Assembly: GCA_043736035.1 (NCBI GenBank)
Contig: JAYTDF010000039.1
Coordinates: 1-25,960, forward strand
DNA length: 25,960 bases
Direction of reading: 5' to 3'
Source: Candidatus Parcubacteria bacterium
GTDB lineage: Bacteria; Patescibacteriota; Minisyncoccia; Phycocordibacterales; CAIZLB01
Part shown: piece after piece, positions 8,872 to 13,570 of the stretch
Layout: each line of letters opens with the position of its first letter
Position numbering within the stretch: the stretch's first letter is position 1
The notes under the pieces: model-generated
Database searches by the model: none
Seen by the model: the letters and a program-made list of their open reading frames with translations, nothing else
Told to the model about the DNA's origin: nothing
Made by a program: the position numbers and the translations under genes

Positions 8872-9281
8872 AGAGATTTAAAATAACTATCCAATATCCC
8901 CTTAGCCTCCTCCAAATCCTTATAATTAAAAATTGTCATCCCTTTATTTCCTGACAACATCGCAGACAATCTCTTTCCTTCTTGATCTCTATATAAACAA
9001 ACAATCGGCTTCTTACCATCGGCCCATCCGAGCTCATAACCTACCCCTAGACTTGGTTGAGTTACCTCGGCCACCACAACATCTGCTTCGCTTACCCAAT
9101 CCATGTCTCGCTCATAGATAAACTGATCAGTCTTATTTTGATCTGCGGTTGGTATATTTTCAATGTCACCAATATGTTCAGTTAATACCTGACCGTGATT
9201 CTGGAGATGTTTGATAATATCCATATATAAGTCTTTATCTTCTCTCCCTGCTCGTATGGATGCCGCAAAATATATTTTCAT
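8868..9281 (-). CDS. 2'-deoxynucleoside 5'-phosphate N-hydrolase (DNPH1/Rcl-like; nucleoside 2-deoxyribosyltransferase fold)
   Basis: YFAASIRAGRED, VLTEH, ADVVVAEVTQPSLGVGYELG and LSAM match the DNPH1/Rcl family. Confidence 0.88.
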   Translation of the reverse strand: MKIYFAASIRAGREDKDLYMDIIKHLQNHGQVLTEHIGDIENIPTADQNKTDQFIYERDMDWVSEADVVVAEVTQPSLGVGYELGWADGKKPIVCLYRDQEGKRLSAMLSGNKGMTIFNYKDLEEAKGILDSYFKSL

Positions 9282-9302
9282 AATAAAATTATTTTATCAT
9301 AG

Positions 9303-9330
9303 TTGACACAAATGTGAAATTTGATAGAAT
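9303..9330 (+). promoter_or_regulatory. Near-consensus sigma70 promoter with no protein gene downstream
   Basis: TTGACA (9303-9308), 16-nt spacer, extended -10 TG-a-TAGAAT (9322-9330). Confidence 0.7.
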
Positions 9331-9336
9331 AGAAGT

Positions 9337-9388
9337 ACAAATGGGTTGTCCCGATCGTCCAGGCCTTAAAAGCCTGGATTTACATTTT
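9337..9388 (+). ncRNA. Candidate ~50-nt two-hairpin small RNA convergent with the PemK/MazF-like gene
   Basis: Starts at the expected distance from the promoter. Hairpins GGG-ttgt-CCC (9343-9352) and TCCAGGC-7-GCCTGGA (9358-9378), then a T-rich tail. Confidence 0.45.
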
Positions 9389-9775
9389 ATTAAATAAAAT
9401 ATCTACTACTTTCAATATTATTTTAATATGATCAATTTTTGATATATATCCTATTTTCTTATCCAATCTTTTTGTATCCAAAATTCTAAGTTGAGATATT
9501 AAAGCAGATTGTTCCAGATCTTTAAGTAAAACTTTTACATAATACTTATTGTCCTTATTTTTTGTACTCAAAGGTACACCCCAAAAGATGCTATTATTAA
9601 ATTTTTTTAATATTAAAACAGGTCTTCGAAAATCTTCACCTTTACCATTTTGTTCAAAACCTATATTTTCACCCAATGAACACCAATATACCTCACCCTC
9701 ATTAATAAGAGCAACATTTTCTGATTTATCAATAATTATCTTTGTTATTATCCAATCTATAAAATATTTTACCAT
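9380..9775 (-). CDS. PemK/MazF-family endoribonuclease toxin (orphan)
   Basis: GEVYWCSLGENIGFEQNG...RPVLILK...VPLST...SALISQLRILDTKRL..KIG. Start revised to ATG 9775 (MVKYF), which has TACTAT 6 nt upstream. Confidence 0.85.
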   Translation of the reverse strand: MVKYFIDWIITKIIIDKSENVALINEGEVYWCSLGENIGFEQNGKGEDFRRPVLILKKFNNSIFWGVPLSTKNKDNKYYVKVLLKDLEQSALISQLRILDTKRLDKKIGYISKIDHIKIILKVVDILFNKM

Positions 9776-9844
9776 TCTAATATAGTAAAATAAACCCAAT
9801 AAACTTCTCATAAAGAAATTCTCAAGAAACCCTAAATTTTCCAT

Positions 9845-9874
9845 AAACAAAAAAACTACCTCGATAGTAGTTTT
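9845..9874 (-). terminator. efp terminator
   Basis: Stem AAAACTAC/GTAGTTTT with a 7-nt loop and a T-run on the minus strand, just after the efp stop. Confidence 0.6.
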
Positions 9875-9879
9875 ACATA

Positions 9880-10455
9880 TTATTTCTTTGATGCCCTTTC
9901 TACATACTCTCCGGTCTCAGTATTGATCACAAGAATGTCACCCGGCTCAATAAACATCGGTGCTAATATAGTCGCTCCAGTCGCCAATGTAACAACCTTG
10001 TTTCCACCCTTGGCTGTGTCTCCACGTACTGCTGGAGGAGCTTCGGTAACAGTAAGACTTACTTTTATAGGGAGCTTGACACCAATCGGTATCTCTCCAA
10101 AATATTTAACATCAAGAACTGCATTTGGAAGGATATATTTCTTTGCATCCCCTAATAGTTCGTCTTTCAACATAAACCTATTTGATACATTATCCTCCGA
10201 ACAAAACCACCACTCCCCTTTGTTGGTAAAAAGATATTTCACTTTCTTAACTTCAATCTCAGCCTCCTCAACTTTATCAGTTGCTTGGAATGAGATCTCG
10301 ATAGTACGTCCAGACAGTAAATTTCGCATCTTAACAGCGTTTACTGGTTTTCGCATCTGTTTACGAAAGACATGATAATCTAATACTTCATAGGGTTCAT
10401 CATCGTGAATAATTGTTTTCCTTGTTACTATTTCATTGTATTCGAGCATTGCCAT
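9880..10455 (-). CDS. efp: Translation elongation factor P (atypical loop)
   Basis: EPY.V...; YLF...GEW.F; V.L.VTEAPPAVRGDTA.GG.K...L.TG..I..P.FI..GD...INT.TGEYVER. Confidence 0.95.
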   Translation of the reverse strand: MAMLEYNEIVTRKTIIHDDEPYEVLDYHVFRKQMRKPVNAVKMRNLLSGRTIEISFQATDKVEEAEIEVKKVKYLFTNKGEWWFCSEDNVSNRFMLKDELLGDAKKYILPNAVLDVKYFGEIPIGVKLPIKVSLTVTEAPPAVRGDTAKGGNKVVTLATGATILAPMFIEPGDILVINTETGEYVERASKK

Positions 10456-10534
10456 GATTCATATACTATATGCTTTTTTTGAGGGTTTTGCAAATACTAG
10501 GGCACACATTGAACCTTCCACAGTTTATAAATAT

Positions 10535-11326
10535 TTAATTAATTTTTAATGTTTTAATAAATGCCTTAGTTAAGGGACCAAAGTATCCAGATGCTGGTCT
10601 TATATTGTTTTTGATTTGAAACTTTATTAAAGCTTGTTTGGTTTGATTTCCAAAGAAAGTAGACTCGAGTCCTAAAGATCCCAGTCCTTTTTTACTCACA
10701 ATAAACCCCTGTGAATTGAGAAATTGCTGTAGATTTTTAACTTCTGGAGCTATCATGTTAACTTTGAGGTTTTTTTGAGTATTTACAAGCATAACCGCTG
10801 AACTTGGAACAGTAGAAGGTATTTTTGTTGGAGTATTAACAGTTGGCTCAGTTTTTGGCGCAAGTAAACTTGCCGGAACATATGATGAACCTCCACCGGA
10901 TGATCCCCCTCCAGAGTAAGAAGGTGTTACAACAGGTGATGCTACCACTGGAACAGGTAATGTCCAAGTCGTTGTCACACTTGTTCCTGTTGCAAAAGAA
11001 AGCCAACCAGTATTGTCATTGTAGGCAAAGCCTGAAAGTGCACCGTTTGATAGAGTTACTCGAGAAAAATCAAAATACCCAACAGACTCACTCCATGCAT
11101 ACCCAGACAGCACACCATTAGTGTTTACAACTCCATCCAAAACTAACCAGCCAGTATTGTCATTGTAGGCATATCCTGTAACTGCAGTATTGGCAACTGT
11201 TGCATTCCTAAAATCAAACCAGCCAAGTGATTCGCTCCACGCATACCCAGACATATTGGCTGCAAAAGTTGGTACCGACAGAGACAAAGTTATGATTGCT
11301 ATATATTTTTTAAATTTAAATTTCAT
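10535..11326 (-). CDS. Secreted protein: signal peptide, four 24-aa G(Y/F)A(W/Y)xxxxG(W/Y) repeats, Pro/Ser/Gly linker, peptidoglycan-binding domain
   Basis: KK-hydrophobic-TFA signal. C-terminus EVKNLQQFLNSQGF...FGNQTKQALIKFQ..NNI...GYFGPLT is PG_binding_1-like. Confidence 0.8.
   Translation of the reverse strand: MKFKFKKYIAIITLSLSVPTFAANMSGYAWSESLGWFDFRNATVANTAVTGYAYNDNTGWLVLDGVVNTNGVLSGYAWSESVGYFDFSRVTLSNGALSGFAYNDNTGWLSFATGTSVTTTWTLPVPVVASPVVTPSYSGGGSSGGGSSYVPASLLAPKTEPTVNTPTKIPSTVPSSAVMLVNTQKNLKVNMIAPEVKNLQQFLNSQGFIVSKKGLGSLGLESTFFGNQTKQALIKFQIKNNIRPASGYFGPLTKAFIKTLKIN
10994..11251 (-). repeat. ABAB intragenic repeat, 144-bp (48-aa) period
   Basis: Identical 21-mer CCAGTATTGTCATTGTAGGCA at 11007-11027 and 11151-11171. 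Protein units SGYAWSES.G and .G.AYNDNTGW alternate. Confidence 0.85.
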
Positions 11327-11453
11327 TACTAGATTATACTATATTTATTTTTTATAATGTACTTTCTATTTTACCTCACCCAAGAGTTCTTTGTAAAGTG
11401 AATGCAGAAAACTTGTATTTATTATCTATCGTGTGATATTATGAATTAATAGA

Positions 11454-11496
11454 GAAAAAAGGTTCTCTGCTCGTTGCAGTGTCAGGCCCTTTTTTC
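11454..11496. terminator. Long A-tract/T-tract-flanked hairpin (bidirectional terminator-like)
   Basis: GAAAAAAGG (11454-11462) pairs with CCTTTTTTC (11488-11496); inner CTGC/GCAG stem. Confidence 0.45.
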
Positions 11497-11525
11497 GCTT
11501 TTATACTAAACTATTTTTATAAAAT

Positions 11526-11553
11526 TTGACAATAAAATATATTTTGCTAAAAT
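11526..11553 (+). promoter_or_regulatory. Near-consensus sigma70 promoter with no protein gene downstream
   Basis: TTGACA (11526-11531), 16-nt spacer, extended -10 TG-c-TAAAAT (11545-11553). Confidence 0.7.
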
Positions 11554-11557
11554 ACTT

Positions 11558-11674
11558 ATGTAGTCTGAAGGACAGGAAATTAACAATCGGCTTGCTGCGG
11601 ACTTTGCTTTATGTAAAGTACTTATGGATGAAATGTTGCCATTTTATGGTAATTGCCGTCATCCCAGATTATAT
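11558..11674 (+). ncRNA. Candidate ~115-nt multi-stem non-coding RNA
   Basis: Closing 10-bp stem 11558-11567/11665-11674; hairpin 11601-11619; stem 11626-11631/11659-11664 enclosing hairpin 11635-11653. G.U pairs work on the plus strand only. Confidence 0.55.
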
Positions 11675-11683
11675 CTAAGTTCA

Positions 11684-12100
11684 CTACTCGTTATCGGGTA
11701 GTGTTTTTAGTTTCTTATAGTGCATTGTAACAATTTCAAAATGATCATCTATAAATTCCAAAACTATCCTTATTGATGAAACATCAATTGTTGAAATATT
11801 TTTTAGGAAATAGTGTCTATTATTTATAGTTTCAAATGAGGTGTAACTATTTAACACATTTTCTATATTATCTATAATAATATGCAATCGATATAAGATA
11901 TACTCAACATCATATTTTTCAATAAGTTCAGCTGACTTACTTTCAACAAAATGCTTTAATGCTCTTTTGGAAATGAATACATCTTTATTATTCAATTTAC
12001 AAACGAAAACCAACCCTAAAAAGTCAGCGATTAGTTCACCTTTTTGTAAATTAAGGTATTTAAATACCAGTTTTTTAACTGTGATTATATTTTTAGTGAT
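11684..12100 (-). CDS. Small hypothetical protein, candidate BECR-fold (Barnase/EndoU/Colicin/RelE-like) RNase
   Basis: Pattern vfis..alkH......helix...yflK......irivle......eIvTmH. Frame is open from 12100 (ATC) to TAG 11684; the ORF track calls TTG 12013. Fold assignment is by eye. Confidence 0.5.
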   Translation of the reverse strand: MTKNIITVKKLVFKYLNLQKGELIADFLGLVFVCKLNNKDVFISKRALKHFVESKSAELIEKYDVEYILYRLHIIIDNIENVLNSYTSFETINNRHYFLKNISTIDVSSIRIVLEFIDDHFEIVTMHYKKLKTLPDNE

Positions 12101-12164
12101 TTACAAATTTTACCAAAACCAACATAAAATCTTCATAAAAAAATTCTAAAGTTTTACCGAAGTT

Positions 12165-12779
12165 TTAATCAAGTATAAACCACCCATGATTCTTTGCATA
12201 TGTCCGTAACTTTTTATTCGGATTCACCGTATATCGGTACGTCGCCATTTTCAAAAGCGGGATATCAGAATTATGATCACTATAGGCAAAAGAACCCTCA
12301 AAGTTATACTTGGTCAACCTCTCAACCTTTTCATCCTTATAATTAATCTTTCCCAATATCCTACCAGTATACTTATTATTTTTTACCTCAAGCTTTGTGG
12401 CTGTGTACTCAGGAATATGAAAAAATTTGGCGGCATACTTTGCAATCGGTTCAAACGAAGTTGTGACCAAAATAACCTTCTTATCATATGTGTTATGTTT
12501 TTCCAACTCTTCTACTGCTTTGATATTTTTAATACCATCAAATTCTGTAAAAATAAATGCTTTCATTATCTTATCAAGTCTACTCACCTCCACACCCTCA
12601 AAAACCTTAGCCAAAGTCTTCATTTTCTTATCAATGTTTCGAGCAAAAAACAAGATAAATTTATAATAAAAAAAACGGTACGATGAAATAATTCTCCTAC
12701 GTCTTAAAACGCTCAAAACTATTTCATAACTGTTTTTTGTGATCAGTGTTTTATCTAAATCAAAGAATACATAACTCAT
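12165..12779 (-). CDS. HAD-IB family phosphatase (SerB/PGPase-like)
   Basis: FFDLDKTL (DxDxT), LVTTS (motif II), K.E.., AYSDHNSDIPLL...VNP. Confidence 0.9.
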   Translation of the reverse strand: MSYVFFDLDKTLITKNSYEIVLSVLRRRRIISSYRFFYYKFILFFARNIDKKMKTLAKVFEGVEVSRLDKIMKAFIFTEFDGIKNIKAVEELEKHNTYDKKVILVTTSFEPIAKYAAKFFHIPEYTATKLEVKNNKYTGRILGKINYKDEKVERLTKYNFEGSFAYSDHNSDIPLLKMATYRYTVNPNKKLRTYAKNHGWFILD

Positions 12780-12823
12780 AGACTAGATATTATATGCTAT
12801 TTTAAAGATTATTTACCATTGAC

Positions 12824-13561
12824 CTATTCCCAAATTTTATCCATAGTTATAGCCGCAATCTTTTTATACCGTACTATATCATCAGCATATTTTTCATCAG
12901 AGTGAAGTATTACCAAGGTTTTTTCAATTGAAATAATTTCTTTGTATGATACTTCTAATATCGGTTTTTTCCATGTTAAAACTTCAAACCAATTTATATT
13001 TCTAAAACCTTTCAATTGAACCGGAACAATATCAGTATGTGTATATTCTGCCAAAAAACCAACACCGCCTTTGACTTCACCTGGTTTAAAAGTTTCTATA
13101 CCCATTTTTCCTTCAGGGAAAATACACACAGCTTTTCCATTTTCTAAAAGCTCTATATGATTTATGAGAGATGCTTGATAGTCACGAATACCCAAGTAAG
13201 CTGAGTATGCTCCCAATAGTCTAAAAAATGACCCTCCATAAAAATGTTTTCTCCAACCAAACTTCTCATCTTGATAATGGTCACGCGTCATCGATACATA
13301 GTACATTGGCATAATAGGAATAATGAAAGGCAAACCAAAACGAACCATAAGCACGTCCATCTCACTTATATGATTTGGTGCAAACAGTATACCCTTCTCT
13401 TGTTTTTTGTATTCCTTTAACTTTTCAACCAACTCGTTCTTTCCTGATATTTTCAAGTTAAAAAATATCTTAATAAAAGACAAAACAACAACTCCAATGA
13501 TAAATTGCAGGAATATTTGTATATATTCTATATTGTGATGTTTTTGTGATCCTATACTCAT
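12824..13561 (-). CDS. Lysophospholipid acyltransferase (PlsC-like)
   Basis: FAPNHISEMD (HxxxxD), CIFPEGK, KGGVGFLA, IVPV. Confidence 0.85.
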   Translation of the reverse strand: MSIGSQKHHNIEYIQIFLQFIIGVVVLSFIKIFFNLKISGKNELVEKLKEYKKQEKGILFAPNHISEMDVLMVRFGLPFIIPIMPMYYVSMTRDHYQDEKFGWRKHFYGGSFFRLLGAYSAYLGIRDYQASLINHIELLENGKAVCIFPEGKMGIETFKPGEVKGGVGFLAEYTHTDIVPVQLKGFRNINWFEVLTWKKPILEVSYKEIISIEKTLVILHSDEKYADDIVRYKKIAAITMDKIWE

Positions 13562-13570
13562 ATATTGCTA

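Noticed and set aside
9343-9378. tRNA fragment or prophage att site
   Set aside because: No TTCGAATC-type T-arm, no CCA end, no matching second copy and no integrase in the window.
9341-9397. 18-aa ORF MGCPDRPGLKSLDLHFIK downstream of the 9303 promoter, as a peptide antitoxin
   Set aside because: The ATG is 10 nt from the -10 box (outside the 6-9 nt pattern), the codons coincide with RNA hairpins, and the end overlaps the toxin. Not excluded, but unsupported without conservation data.
9776-9850. N-terminal extension of the MazF-like ORF, or an upstream type II antitoxin
   Set aside because: The segment overlaps the efp terminator and the toxin's own -10 box, and no separate ORF fits.
10994-11251. 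CRISPR array from the repeated 21-mers
   Set aside because: Only two copies, in frame within a protein repeat, and no cas genes.
11558-11674. Riboswitch, SRP, 6S or tRNA identity for the structured segment
   Set aside because: No sense gene lies downstream, and I could not find SRP (GGAA/AGCAG loop), SAM, c-di-GMP, ZTP, fluoride or tRNA T-loop motifs by eye.
11967-12149. 60-aa plus-strand ORF as an antitoxin for the BECR-like gene
   Set aside because: It overlaps the minus-strand gene and its promoter, has low-complexity AT-driven composition, and has no initiation signal.
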